The notes: generated from the letters alone by a model not told the origin. Counted from the first letter of the stretch, positions 13,169 through 26,867 are shown. The stretch is 64,000 bases of DNA from Squalus acanthias (GCA_030390025.1 CM059432.1:6696001-6760000), one strand, 5' to 3'. A program made the numbers and translations.

Positions 13169-13765
13169 ATTTTGTGTTCTGAGTGTTGCTGAGTCTGAGT
13201 GCAGTGCTTTTACAGGTTTATGCTGATATCCCTGAGAGCAGTTGGAAGTGATCTTATTTGGATAAGTTTTAAGTAAAAATTCAGTTGTAGAAAGTTTACT
13301 ATCAAGCTCCAGCATGAGTTTTTGTTTAAATAGGAGATAGATTTTTGGACTCGAGGGGAATCATGGGATCGGGCGGGAAATTGGAGTTGAGGTCGAAGAT
13401 CAGCCATGATCATATTGAATGGTGGAGCAGGCTCGAGGGGCCGTATGGCCTACTCCTGCTCCTATTTCTTATGTTCTAAATCCCATTCATTCTCTTCACG
13501 AAGCACTATTAAATCTATAAAGACAATTTTTTGCATAGGAAGCAAGAACAATAGGCTGTTCCTGGAGAATACTGCAAAGGAAGATAGTGATTTGTTATGA
13601 AAGTACCTTTAAATAGGTACTAGATACTTTTTTACATAAGGATTACTTGTTGCCTTTAGTAACGCTGCTGTTGATGTCTTAAGACAGGTATGTCCCTTAT
13701 AACTTTATTTACCCCTGTTTTATCCTAAATTTAGCAAAAATTAAACTCTCTTTTCAATAATGTTG

Positions 13766-14430
13766 AGGCTGCATTTGCGCCCCGAATCACACGCAAACCA
13801 ATTATGTGGCTTAAAAGACCACGAGGTTTCAGGCGTAAGTGAGTTACGGGCGTGACTACAATACGCCCAAGTCTCCTCCATCTTTTACGGCTGTCCATCA
13901 ACCCCTCCGCCCGACCGACCGAATCTCTGCTCGCAAAACCTGCCATGCCCCCGACTCTCGTGCGCTTCTTCAAAGGACCTCTTTCGCATTGCCACCCGGC
14001 GCAGCAGGAAAGAAAATCATTTTTCTGGTGTTTCATTGCAATTTTGTTCAGCGTTTTCTTTTTCATTTATCCTCACCGAGACCTCCTCTGTAGTTTCTGT
14101 TTATTTCAATGGCACAAGTTACATAACAAATTGAAAAGCATCCCCGATTGCAGGTTCTTAAACAAGCTGCTCCTGATGTGCACGAATGATGGTTAAATGA
14201 GTTGAAACATTAAATTTCATACTTAAAGAAGAAATGTGGGTTGAGCACTTTCCTTGAGATACGATTGTTTACGCTGATTTATGCACTTTTACGCATATTT
14301 GAAGTTTGGGCATATTCTAATGAGATTGCGATGATACTTGGGCGTAACTTGACATCGGCAAAATGGGCGCGACATTGGGTGCATTTTCGGCTCTAATCCC
14401 CGGGTTGCGTTCACGGAGGAAACTCCAGGC
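13766..14430. mobile_element. Degraded CpG-rich non-autonomous DNA element
   Basis: Composition and ends resemble the other MITE-like elements; TIRs poorly matched. Confidence 0.35.
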
Positions 14431-14935
14431 TGCTGTTTTATTTCGAAGAACCATGCAGTGTTCGTCATACAAGCCAAACCCAAAAATTGTGCATACAGAC
14501 TTTTGGGGGCGACTAAGGATTCAAACCTTGATTATGCACATTTCAGATGAAGCTATTTGTAATCGCAGCATGTTTAAATAGATTTCCTCCTGTATATGGT
14601 AACTATATTTTCTTTTCCACGCTTCCTGTTTCACAAAGTTTAGTTGTTCCAGATCGGTTGCTCTTACCATTGCCTAGTTTATGTATTTTATTTAGAATGC
14701 TGTCGCCAGAATTTCTGATAATGAAAGTTGCACGTCATGAATTTTCCTTGTTTAAAATACTTTTCATTACTACCACAAACTATTAATTGACTGCTGCAAT
14801 AAATATCTGTCATTTTGCCTAAAGCAGTCTGCTTCCTACTTTTACAGTTGAATTGGGGATTTTCAACAAAGATCTGGAAACATCGATTAGGACAATCCAG
14901 TGTAATCTTCACATACAGTCCAAGCACCATCTTGA

Positions 14936-15352
14936 AAGAAAAAGAAAGACTTGCATTTCTATAGCGCCTTTCACAACCACCGGACGTCCCAAAGCGCTTT
15001 ACAGCCAGTGAAGTACTTTTTGAAGTGCAGTCACTGTTGTAATGTAGGAAACGTGGCAGACAATTTGCGCACAGCAAGCTCCCACAAACAGCAGTGTGAT
15101 AATGACCAGATAATCTGTTTAAGTGATGTTGAATGATGGATAAATATTGGCCAGGACACCGGGGATAACTCCCCTGCTCCTCTTTGAAATAGTGCCATGG
15201 GATCTTTTATGTCCACCTGAGAGGGCAGACGGGGCCTCGGTTTAACGTTCCATTTGAAAGACGGCACCTCCCAACGGTGCTGCACTCCCTCAGCCCTGCA
15301 CTGGAGTGTCAGCCTAGATTTTTGTGTTCAAGTCTCTGGAGTGGGACTTGAA
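14936..15352 (-). mobile_element. SacSINE1-like Deu-SINE
   Basis: Closely matches the reverse complement of 26868-27345. Confidence 0.9.
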
Positions 15353-16354
15353 CTGGAGTGGATCTTGATTTTTTTTTATTGCATCAGGTTTAATATCTGG
15401 CTCTTTTAAAAGCGATAAATCTTTGCGTAGCCAAATTCATGCGCTATTTTATTGGCTAGCTGCACAATCAGAGATCAAATGCAATTTTAATCATACCCGA
15501 GTTTACCCATATATGTATAGGGCCTCGCAGTAGAATAGAACTTCAACCACTGTGGCGAATGAGAATATAAGCTATAAAACAATTTAAGCTCTTATCTTGA
15601 CAAGTAAAGACGGATGAATAGAGATTATGCAGTGGATATTTAGAAAATAACAGTAAATCTGTTGTTTGAACTGTGCATTGCCATGGTGATGACACCACAC
15701 CAGTAAAAAGACTGAACTAATAAATCTCTGCAGAACTTTTTTTGTTGTTGAAATTCCCCAATGGACTACTATGATTAGGTCGGCCAGGTAGCTCTGAGGT
15801 TAGAGAACTGGGCTCCCGATGAGAAAACTCTGAGCTCACATCCTTGCGTTGATTGTCATTTGGAATAAGAATATGCGCACTTCCTCTTGGCCAGTTGCGG
15901 GACATCATTGATGTCAGCGATTGGTTCTGCTGTCAGCAGAAAGCTGTGGCCCTGAGGTAGGAATAGCAATGAGAAAAAAAAAGTACATTGAACACTGGCT
16001 ATCTATTATCAGCAACTCTAGAAAAGATTTTGCGAGACATTTCAGTCTTGGCAGTCTTCTCAAGCAGCATAATACAATCCTGGCTACCTAGAGCTGGGCA
16101 GGCCCTGATACTTGTCTTCTTTGACACCTGTAACAAATATTTGTCTCTTTTGTTACATTTGTTTTGTTGTGTGATTAGTATTACATTGAATGCCAGTGGT
16201 AGCAATATACCTTACAAGGTATGCTCAAAATATTTTGCGTCATTGAGAGTATAAATTTTGCCAGTCGCATATAGAACAAACGAGCATCCGTTTTGCTATC
16301 TTTTAGAGTAAGTCAGCATCCAGAAATACAGACTGAAGAATGCATTGCTCAAAT

Positions 16355-16831
16355 AAAGAAAAAGAAAGTCTTGCATTTATATCGCGCCTTTCATGACCGC
16401 CGGACGTCCCAAAGCACTTTACAGCCAGTGAAGTACTTTTTGAAGTGTAGTCACTGTTGTAATGTAGGAAACGCGGCAGCCAATTTGCGCACAGCAAGCT
16501 CCCACAAACAGCAATGTGATAATGACCAGACTAATCTGTGTTATTGATGTTGATTGAGGGATAAATATTGGCCAGGACACCGGGGATAACTCCCCTGCTC
16601 TTCTTCGAAAGAGTGCCACGGGATCTTTTACGTCCACCTGAGAGAGCAGACGGGGCCTCGGTTTAACGTCTCGTCCGAAAGACGGTACCTCTGACAGTGT
16701 AGCAATCCCTGAGTACTGCACTGGGAGTGTCAGCCTAGATTTTTATGCTCGAGTCTCTGGAGTGGGACTGTGAACCCACAACCTTCTGGGTCCGAGGCGA
16801 GTGTGCTACTGACTGAGCCACAGCTGACACA
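16355..16831 (-). mobile_element. SacSINE1-like Deu-SINE, full length
   Basis: tRNA-like head, Deu-like core and L2-like tail all present. Confidence 0.9.
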
Positions 16832-17249
16832 AATTGAAGAACTATAGACACCTGACAGAAACAGTAAATGTAAATAAGCGTAACTGTGGCTCTGATGTAA
16901 CTGCCTTACAGTCAACTGTTTCATATAAACTTTCCCTCAATTTTTCTGCTGGCAAATTGTCTTGAAGGTGGTGGAAGAGTTTCAGAGACTGTGTCCCCGG
17001 TGTCCACATATGCTCTTTCTACCTTTACAGCAGAGGTTATTGGATATAGAGGAAGAAGTCTAGCTGGTTTTCCTCGCAGTACCTAGCTCCGGGATGGTGA
17101 GGACAATTGTTCTGTACTAGCTTTCTCCCAGGAAACAGCAAATTCACTTGGCCCAACTAGAGATCACTCATGGTCTACACTCAGTCTTTATAGCTCAGTA
17201 CCACACCATATGATGCATTCCTCCACTGAACCATCTGTTGTATTGTTAC

Positions 17250-17500
17250 CAAAATGTTATTTAAGAGATGGAAAAGGATAAGTCAAGAAATTATAGGCCA
17301 ATTAACCACTTCTCTTGTTTTGGGAAAATTGCTAGAGTCCATTGTAAGGTGTGAAATTATTGAACACTTAGAAAGGCATCGGTTTATCTGGGGCAACCAT
17401 CATAGAATTGCGAATGACAGGTTGTGCTTTGCTGATTCAAGTGAATATTTTGAGGAAATCAGAGCGTATGGATGAAAGGAATGTGATGTATGGTTTATAT
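17250..17500 (+). mobile_element. Old CR1 reverse-transcriptase fragment
   Basis: Translates LGKLLESIVRCEIIEHLERHRFI, a degraded CR1 RT N-terminal motif. Confidence 0.7.
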
Positions 17501-18286
17501 AATGTGTAGTACTAATAAGAGTAACCAATCTCTATGATGTCAAGACCAAGTGCAGTATTCAGGTCCAGCAGGATTAGAAGACAGGAAGATAACTGGACAA
17601 TGGAGGAGAAAGGAGAAGTGAGTGGAGGGGGAATTGCTCAATTTTGTAAAATTGTTTCATAGGCTCCAATTTTTTGCCATTTCAAATGCTTCCAGTTTGT
17701 AAGGAATTTTAGTTCATTTGATTAATCTCAACTCATCCTGCTCCTGGTGTGTTAGGATTTTTAGGAAGGCTGTTTTAAAAAAAAAAAAAATGTTTTTACT
17801 CCTTCAGATTGATCCCAGCTTTTCCTGCTCTGACTTTCTTGCCACCTTTACTTTGGCTGATTTTGATCACCTTTCTGCTCCTACCGTTTTTTGCCGTTTT
17901 GTTAATGCTAAATTACTGGCCCCGATTTTCACGCAGGTTTATTCCCCAATATTTTTTTTCAGACAGTTACAGGCCCTCAAAGATGGCAATAAATCAGGCA
18001 TACAGAAAGAGATCCAATCACGTAATACTAGTGCGCAGGCAGAATACTTAACATTGGAAAACCCGACCACAGGTGTAACAAATATTGCAGGTAAATGTGG
18101 ACACTTATCAAACTGAATTTTCTCACAGGTCCCGTTGAAGTTTTCAATGTATTTTGAAATGAAATGGTGACCCATGTAGAGATTTTTAATATACAAAAGA
18201 TACAGATTTTCAAAAAGGCATTTGATAACTTGCCACATAAGAGACTTGTTATAAAAATGAATTAAAGGAACTGTAGACACAGGGGA

Positions 18287-18702
18287 AAAAAGAAAGACTT
18301 GCATTTATATGGCGCCTTTCACATCCTCAGGACTTCCCAAAGCGCTTTACAGCCAATGAAGTACTTTTGAAATGTAGTCGCTGTCGTAAGCAGCCAATTT
18401 GTGCACAGCAAGCTCCTACAAACAGCAATGTGATAATGACCAGATGATCTGTTTTAGTGATGTTGATTTGAGGGATAAATATTGGCCAGGGCACTGGGGA
18501 AAACTCCCCTGCTCTTCTTCGAAAATGCGCCATGGGATCTTTTACATCCACCTAAGAAGACAGACGGGGCATCCGAAAGACGGCACCTCCGACAGTGCAG
18601 CATACCCTCAGCACTGCACTGGAGTGTCGGCCTGGATTTTGTGCTTGAACCCACGACCTCTGACTCGGAGGCGAGAGAACTACCCACTGAGCCACAGCTG
18701 AC
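18287..18702 (-). mobile_element. SacSINE1-like Deu-SINE
   Basis: Reverse copy with small deletions. Confidence 0.88.
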
Positions 18703-19464
18703 ATTACAAAGGGAGATGCCTGGGTATGAAAGGAAAGCGTAGCGGTCGATGGGGGGGTGGTCAGATTTTCAAAATTCTGAAGTGTTTCAAGAGGGTAAAT
18801 AGCGAAAGGTTGTTTCCACTGGTTAGTGAATTGGCCACAAGGGCCATGGATTCAAAATCATTAGAAGATTCAAGGGACAAGTTAGAATTATTTTGTTTCA
18901 CACAAAGGGTTATTAGAGCATGGAATGCCGTGCCGCAAGTCGTATTGAGAGAGAGAGAGAGAGAGAGACTGTAACGTAAATTAAAGGGGAATTGGATTGC
19001 TATGTGAAAGGAAAGAATAAAAAACGATATTGTGAAAGGGCAGGAAACTGGGCTTAGAGTGGATAGCTTGAGCTGAAGAATAAGCACTGGCATAGACATA
19101 GTGAGCAGAATGGCCTTTCCTCCATGCTATAAATTCTGTGATTCATCGATTTTTTTTAAAATCAAGTCATAAGTAACTTGCTTGGTATGGTAAGTGATTC
19201 AGTGGAGTCATTTTTTTCCCTGGGGGAATTATTTCTATTGCAGATGCGATAAATTGTTAATATAAGAAAGCCTCATAATAGTTTTTTTTTAATTATGAGC
19301 AGCAAAAAGTGTTCCTTTTTTTTGACAAAAGTACATTTTGTAAATTGATGTTGAAATTTTGAAATCTAATGAATACTGAAGATGTTAAGGCTCTCGTGAA
19401 TGTTCCAACTGGTTTTAATGCTGTGACAGAACTCTTCCAAGTAATGTCAGTCGTAACTGGAGTA

Positions 19465-19885
19465 CAGCACCTCATCTTCCGATTAGGCACTTTACAGCCT
19501 TCCGGACTCAATATCGAGTTCAACAATTTCAGATCATAACCTCTGCCTTTTCCCCTTTTTTTTTCTCTCTCTTCCCCCCACGGCAGCTGTCTCTTATTCT
19601 GCCAGCATTTCACATTTCACACTTCTGAGCCACCTTTTGTTTCTTAACCTGTCCCATTACCATCTCGTCTTGCCTTGAGCATCTCTTAATGTCTCTACTT
19701 ACCATAGACCACCCCTTTTGTTCTTTTATTCCTCCCCCCAGCCTCCCCCTTGCTTTTTTATCTGTTTCATTTCCTGTTTTTTTTCTCAGTTCTGACGAAG
19801 GGTTTCGACCTGAAACGTTAACTCTGTTTCTCTCTCCACGGATGTTGCCTGGCCTGCTGAGTTTTTCCAGCGTTTTCTGTTGTTA
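19465..19885 (+). mobile_element. Penelope-like element 3' remnant
   Basis: 19465-19539 encodes QHLIFRLGTLQPSGLNIEFNNFRS*, resembling the end of a Penelope GIY-YIG endonuclease, followed by a pyrimidine-rich UTR and a hammerhead-bearing terminal segment. Confidence 0.85.
19788..19823 (+). ncRNA. Minimal type I hammerhead ribozyme motif (Penelope-associated)
   Basis: AGUU-CUGACGA-A-GGGU(UUCG)ACCU-GAAA-CGU-U-AACU: stem I AGUU/AACU, core CUGANGA and GAAA, palindromic AACGUU at stem III. Confidence 0.7.
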
Positions 19886-21468
19886 CAGTGGTTTGATACT
19901 GTACTTGCTTCTTCAGGATCTTGGCTTCAGCTGGGTCAGGATGTAACTGAAAGCCCTGTAAGGGCCTCTTACAGAGCCAGTATCCATCCGACATAGGAAC
20001 AGGAGGAGGCCATTCAGCCCCTCGAGCCTGTACCACCATTGTTAGATCATGGCTGATTGGTATCTTAACTCCACGTACCCCGCCTTGGTTCCGTAACCCT
20101 AAACACCCTGGCCGAACAAAAATCTTGATCAACAAACATTAGGGCTGATTATTACTGAATGGAATGGACAAGAGAGACCTAGAACAGACCTACTGTGGAA
20201 CTTCACTGCTCATTGTCAGCATCAACGTTCCCTTTAGCGCTCTCGACCTCCCGCGCAGCTGGCTTGCTGGCTTTTCAATGGAAAAATAAAAATTAGCGGG
20301 AACATTGGTCAGCACACCCTCTACTGGCGAGACATTTTTATTTCTATGTACCATCATCTTTTGTTTTACGTGCCAATTACTGTTCAATGCAGTTGCCATT
20401 AATTCTATTAGCCTTCACCCTCTTTAAAAGCTTGGTATATAGTACTTTCTAAAAATGTATTTCTGAACACTGAAATAAATTATAGATGACCTCGTTTATA
20501 TCAGTAGATTGGTGAGACATGACCGGCAGCTTCTAAAACCTTGCCGACTATCTCTTATGGCATTTGTGCACTTTAGATGAACATTGATAGCATCCTGCAA
20601 AATGCCCTGGAATGTTTCCCCACTACTGATTTTAGGCTAACTAATCTGTAATTTCCAGCATTCTGAAGCTTTAAGCTGCAGTCGACCCTTTAGAAAAGAT
20701 GAAACGCAGACCAGAATATGATGACGAGTTTTGACAACGTTATTCTAAATTGAGATAGCGTGACTTGTGCGTTTTCTGTGTTCTTTTACTTCTGAAATTG
20801 CATTGGTTTATTTTTACAAGGGTTACTGTTGACTTGTTTGAAGTGCTAACAGGCTTTAGCTAATAGTTCAAAGTTAAGTTATTTGTTTAATTAAGGAGTG
20901 CGTCCACTGCCAGCAAAATAAATCTGCACCTGAACAAGCTTTATATCATATCTTCAGAGAGTTATATTATCTGCATGCCTCTGATTCTTAACTAAACAGA
21001 TTCTAATTCTTTGCCTTCAGAACTGTCATCTTTTGCTTTTGACTTGTGCCAAAAATGTCCGCATGTGCTGGAAAAAGCAAATCTCGCTTTAACTTTGCAG
21101 TGTGACTCATAATTAATCAAGTTAGCTTTTGGGTTGTTTGTGCAGAGGACACAAGTGCAAATCCTTGAGCAGGCTGAGAGAACGCTTCCTCCTCAAAGCC
21201 AGAACCCACTGCGCAGTATCTTTAATTTGTAAAAAAAAAGTTACACCGCCTCTCCGGTCGCTGTTTGCTTAAAAATCATCATCCGCCGCAGACAGAAAAA
21301 CGGCCCATTTCTGCCTGTATTGCACTTTGCCAATTATTGTGTCTGCCTGTTCATTATGAGAATAAAAACCAGCGGAAATAATCTTTCTGGTATACATATG
21401 ATCGGCATGAAACTGAAAGTGCACAAGTTTCACTCACTGTAAATAAACCCATTTTACACTCCAGGATT

Positions 21469-22242
21469 GCCCCAGAATTTCCTGTGGCAGGCCAGCGAAT
21501 GGCGCCTGTTTGTTAGTTACACTTGCCATTTGCCCGTTTAATCTCCATGATATTTTGCGCTGCAAGCTGCTGGAACTGAGATGGAAACGGCACGGCGCCC
21601 TCTACAGGACATCTGGGACCTGAGTGAACAGGGCAAGCAACTGTGTATCTCCTTATCCAATCAGATTGAAGGATTGTGAAATGAACAGCGCAAGGTCTGA
21701 ACAAGGAAGTGCAAGTTAGAGTGGGTGAGTTCAATGTCAAATCAGGGACAGAAAGAGAAATAAAGAGAGGGAAAGAAAGATTGGATTAAGAGAGAGTGGA
21801 AAAAATTAGGAAAACTTTTTTTTGAATTTAAATCTTTTTTTCAAATCGCCAACCACAATTAAAACCGGAAGGAATGAGGCTCCACGCTTGTAATAGTTAA
21901 TTTTCAGTGCCAGAGAGGTTGATTAGCAGTAATTAACACTTGTCACGCTGATAAAAGGGTGCTTAGACTGAAATGGACAAGCACTAACTTTCTGTGGTGA
22001 GTTTAATTCGTATCTACTATACAGGAACTTCACGCTGCTCAATGCATTTTAATGCGGCGCCAGACAGCGAGATGCTGTTTTCACGAAGCTACTGGCGGAG
22101 TGGCGTATCTCTTGACAGCAACTTTTGGATTTTTGCGCTTAATCCCGCATCTGCCCCTCGCCTGAAGTTGCTGTGGGATTTCGCATAAATAATGGCGAGT
22201 AACATTAGCCTCACCGTTATTTTGACAGCAATTTTTTTGGGC
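21469..22242. mobile_element. Probable old Harbinger-like non-autonomous element
   Basis: Ends gccccagaattt ... aatttttttgggc are loosely inverted; no clean TSD. Confidence 0.45.
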
Positions 22243-22827
22243 AAATACTAAACCAACACTCTGCTAGTTAAGACATTTGGTTTTGTGACCCAAGCGGTAA
22301 TTTAAAGCAGATTTTTAAAAATAAAATGTAACAGTTTGCACCCGAAGCACTTTCAGTAGCTTGTTTCATAACAGAAAGCTTTAAAAACAATGTACATGTC
22401 TAGCCCATTTGTGGCCGCTTTTGTCTTTGAGGGTACGTTACCCGGTAACTTTCTCCTCTCCTAACTATCTCAGCCTGTGCAATTCTTTTCTGCTGATTGG
22501 GTAGGCAACTGCTGCTCTCCCAGACCTCTGCCATGCCATACCTGAATCAGGCACTAGGGGATGCAAAAGAGTGGTCACCAACCCTCCAATTTATTATCTG
22601 TCTTTTTTTTGTTGAGCTGTCTGACCTTTGAGTTCCTTCCCACTTTCCTGAGATTGGGAATTCAGTAGAGTTGGAGAATAAATCTGTCAAGCACTTGGTC
22701 CTCCATTGCACTATGCCTTCTATCCAGAAGGAGTGAATAGCATAGTAGCAGCAGCAATAATAGGTTCAGTGTTTATATATAATTTGTTTTGTGACAGGAT
22801 CAAAATCCTTCAATTCTTGAGTGAATC

Positions 22828-23305
22828 AACAACAACTTACATTTATATAGCGCCTTTAACACAGTAAAACATCCCAAGACGCTTCACAGGAGCGTTATCA
22901 AACAGAATTTGACTCTGAGCTACGTAAGGTGATATTAGGACAGGTGACCAAAAACTTGGTCAAAGAGGTTGGTTTTAGGGAGTGTCTTAAAGGGGGAGGC
23001 AGGGAGGCGGAGAGGTTTAGGGATGGAATTCCAGAGCTTAGAGCACAGGCAGCGGAAGGCACGGCCGCCAATGGTGGAGCAATTAAAATCGAGGACGTGC
23101 AAGAGGCCAGAATTGGAGGAGCGCAGATATCTTGGAGGGTTGTAGGGCTGAAGGAGGTTACCGAAATAGGGAAGGCCACGGCCATGGAAGGATTTACAAA
23201 CAAGGATGAAAATTTTAAAATCGAGTCGTTGCCGGACTCGGACCTAATGTAGGTCAGCGAGCAAAGGGGTGATGGGTAAACAGGACTTGGTGCGAGTTAG
23301 GATAT
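22828..23305 (-). mobile_element. L2 LINE 3' end
   Basis: Homologous to the reverse complement of 52750-53245. Confidence 0.88.
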
Positions 23306-23923
23306 GAAGAAAGTGTAGAATATGTAACAGGGCAGCTGTTATTTTTTCCCCTAACGGTATATCTGTTATATATTAAAATTATTGGGTGTTCATCACATTC
23401 CATCAAATACCTGGAAAACCCCTGTTAACCTTTCCTTCATGCTTTTTTCATGTTGAAAGTGTCCCCTTTTACCTGCAATACCTATTATGCCTACAGGTGG
23501 CACTGCTATAGGCCTTGCTATAGGCCTTTGCAATATTGAAAGTCATATCCTGTAACATTAGATCCAAAAAGTGGTAGCTGTCACTGTGTATAAAAGTAGT
23601 TAGCCAGCATCTACCCGCTAATTGTCATCGTGCAAAATTATTTCTATATCACCAGAATTATTTACTTTTTGTAAGTCTGATATTATGATGTGCAATAATT
23701 TGTATTAGGAACATAGGAACAGGAGTAGTCCATTCAGCCCCTCAAGCCTATTCCGCCATTCAATGAGATCATGGCTGATCTGCGACCTAACTCCATATAC
23801 CCGCCTTTGGCCCATATCCCTTAATATCTTTGGTGAACGAAAATCTATCAATCTCAGATTTAAAATTAACAAATGATCTAATAATGTAAATTGATAACTA
23901 AATTAGTTATTTTAACGATCTTT

Positions 23924-24429
23924 GGGGGAAAAATTCAGTGTCGCCCCGTTTGGGGTGCAATTATCGGCCGGGCGCAAAGATTAGCGCCTGGCGCTAATTA
24001 TCGCCTCCGACTGCAAACTTGACTTTTATCGCCCCTGGAAGTGATTGGAGCGCTAAATCAGGCGCTACACATCTGTCTTAAGGCGCAAAGGCCGAGGAGC
24101 GAGGCGCTAACTCAGAGCGCTGGCGAAGCTCATGTGATGTCAGTCAGCAATGGAACACAGACACAATGGCCCCAGCCAGTTCTTAAAGGGGAGGGTTGAT
24201 CTTGCTTTCCATCCACATCCTGCTCATTGCAGCCTTGAATCTCGGCCTGGAGAGACCTGTACATCAAATCTGCTGGAAAGAACAATGGAGAGGCCCAGGG
24301 AAAGAGCTCAGAGTGCAGCCCCCACTGTTTCTTCTAAATCGATACAAGGAAGGGCAAATCAAAATGAACCTGCAAAGTGCTGCTCAGCACCCAAAACTCC
24401 TTCACACAGCGTTGAATCTCTCCAGAAGT

Positions 24430-24484
<55 letters not shown>

Positions 24485-24841
24485 AATGCGTTGTTCAAAA
24501 ATGTCGGCAACAAAAAAAGGCAGGAAGCGGTCGCCTTTAAATAGCGCTCCCCCAGTCCCTTCCTGATTGCAAAACGCTCCCCTCAACCTGTCGTTGCTAG
24601 CGGCAGGCGGTAAGGCAGGGGGCGCCACTCAATATCCGCTCCGGGGCGTTGCGCACTCGACTGACGTCACGATCTGCCGGCGCAGGAGATCGTGGTGGTA
24701 CTGTTTAGCGCCACCGCAAAATGTCTAGTTAATTTCGCGAGCGGCGCAAACATCGCCGCGCCCGGGCGCTAGTTGCTTTGCGCCCCATTCGCGCCCTCTT
24801 AAGGCGCTAACGGGAGGCGCAACCAACTGAATTTTTCCCCC
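23924..24841. mobile_element. PIF/Harbinger-like non-autonomous element
   Basis: Perfect 16-bp TIR GGGGGAAAAATTCAGT, TTT on both sides, CpG-rich body. Confidence 0.85.
24432..24482. repeat. (TC)n microsatellite inside the MITE
   Basis: About 25 uninterrupted TC units. Confidence 0.97.
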
Positions 24842-24922
24842 TTTATCTCTGAAATCTGATGGAGGTACGTACGCTGCTGTTTCCTTTGAGCATTTAATAT
24901 TTTCTCTTCGCACCTTTTTCTT

Positions 24923-25258
24923 GCATTTATTGCCCATACCTAATTGCCCTTGAGAAGGTGGTGGTGAGTCGCCGCCTTGAACCGCTGCAGTCTGTATTCT
25001 TTGTAGCAGTTTGGTACATTTCAGAGAGCAGTTATAGCACAAATAGGCCAGACCAGGTAAGGACAGCAGATTTCCTTCCCTAAAGGACATTAGTGAACCA
25101 GATGGGCTTTTCCTGATACTAGCTTTTTATTCCAGATTTATTTAATGAATTTAAGTTCCCCAGCTGCCAGGGTGGTATTTGAACTCATGTCTCCAGATCA
25201 TTAGTCCAGGCCTCTGGATTACTAGTCCAGTAACATAACCATTATGCTACCGTACCCC
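24923..25258 (-). mobile_element. tRNA-derived SINE, second family, with LINE-derived tail
   Basis: Minus-strand head ggtagcataatggt...gagttcaaatacc; tail cagcggttcaag...ctcaccaccaccttctcaagggcaattag shared with the LINE end at 32790-33090. Confidence 0.8.
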
Positions 25259-25509
25259 TGCTGAGATAGTTTACCTCCCTGATAAAAGTAGTTTCCCTGC
25301 CCTGTCCCTATCTCCCCCGAACCTCCTCACAGCACTCCTTCTCCCCTGCAGCTCCCCAACCCATCACCCCATTATTTTCCTCTCCACCTTCCCTCCTCCT
25401 ATCACTCTCTACTCCCATTCCCCATTCCTCCTCCCCCTTCTGTCCGTGTACTCCCTTCCCTCCTCTTTCCTTATTCCCTCTAATTACCCTCTCACACCCT
25501 CTTCACCGA

Positions 25510-26065
25510 TCATACGAATATGCGAGCAATGACTGACAGGTAAAGGCCCTCTGGTCCATCCAGCCTGTCCCACACATTTGCGATACCTTGTGTATCACAA
25601 TATATAGACTCCGCACCCCACCCGAAACCATATGATCTCCTGGGAGAGGCAAAAAAACAGATTAAAAAAACCCTGGCCAATTTGGTGAAAACAAATCTGG
25701 GAAATTCCTCTCCGACCCATCTGGGCGATTGAAACTAGTCCAGGAGATCACTCTGGTCCTGAATTCCCTACAGTACCTACCTTCGATAAGAGGCGATCTC
25801 CGCCCCAGCCAGAAACAGGTCTAGCAATCGCTTGAAGGAATTCAGCGAATTGGCATCCACCGCACGAGATGGCAGCCTGTCCAAGAGCGCCACTATTCTC
25901 TTTAAAAAAAAAAAAAGAGCCACCTCCTGACATCTAACCGAGATCTGGCCTTATGCAACTTAAAATTGTGTCACCTGGCCCTCCCTAATCTATTTAATTG
26001 GAACAAACTGTCAACTGAAACACAATATATTCCCTTCATTATCTTATAAACCTCAATCAGATCCC
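25510..26065 (-). mobile_element. CR1-type LINE 3' end between polypyrimidine tracts
   Basis: Minus strand encodes GDLIEVYKIMKG; flanked by C/T-rich tracts at about 25295-25505 and 26065-26245. Confidence 0.75.
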
Positions 26066-26867
26066 CCTCACTCTCTCCTCCACCTTCTCTCATCCCCCCC
26101 TTAGTCCTTCCCCTCACCTTCCTTCTTGCCTCATTCCCTTCCCTCCTGCTTTCTTCTCCCCTGTCATGTCTGTCATTGACCCTCGTTTTCTCCCTTCCCC
26201 CCCTCTCTGTTCTTCCTTCCCCATTTGCCCTTTCCTCCTCACTCCTGCCTTGGTCCAATTATCTACTTACCTTCTAACCTTACTTGACCTGAATACTGCA
26301 CATGGCCTTGACTGGCCATGTGCAATGCCACGGGAGATTGACTAGTTGTAATGATTTACAAAGGCCACAGATTCAGAACCTGGAAACACTCCAGGTCTTT
26401 CAAAGTAGATTATTTAACTTGAGCAAAGACACTGAACCGGTAAACCCAGGAACTCCAGTCTTAATATGTGTTTTAATGTAGTATTGAGTCATGCAGCTAG
26501 AAGTTTTGACCAGCTTTATGACCAACTATTAAATGAATTATATTTTAGGATTTAATATTGAAGGACTGGAGCCTCTGGTATGTTCTGATCATCAGAAATT
26601 CTCCTGGCAGTTTTTGCTGTGCAATAACTTTAAAAATCCCATTTATTTTAAGAGGTTTAGTTATATTATACGATCTCTGTTGGTGGAAAATTGATGTCAT
26701 GGCAGCAAGGAAATGGAAAACAAATCCTCTATGTGTACCTGAATTGAGAAAAGTAAATAGTTCACATTTTTGCTCTGTTTTATAAAAAGAAAAAAATGAT
26801 TTGAGGATCAATGCAAGCAAGTTTGAAAGAAGTTTACAGGCTAAGGCTATGCAATGGTCTTATTCTA

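Noticed and set aside
23924..24841. CpG-rich patch suggesting a CpG-island promoter
   Set aside because: Exactly bounded by TIRs and a TSD, so better explained as a transposon; the same applies to 40344-41102.
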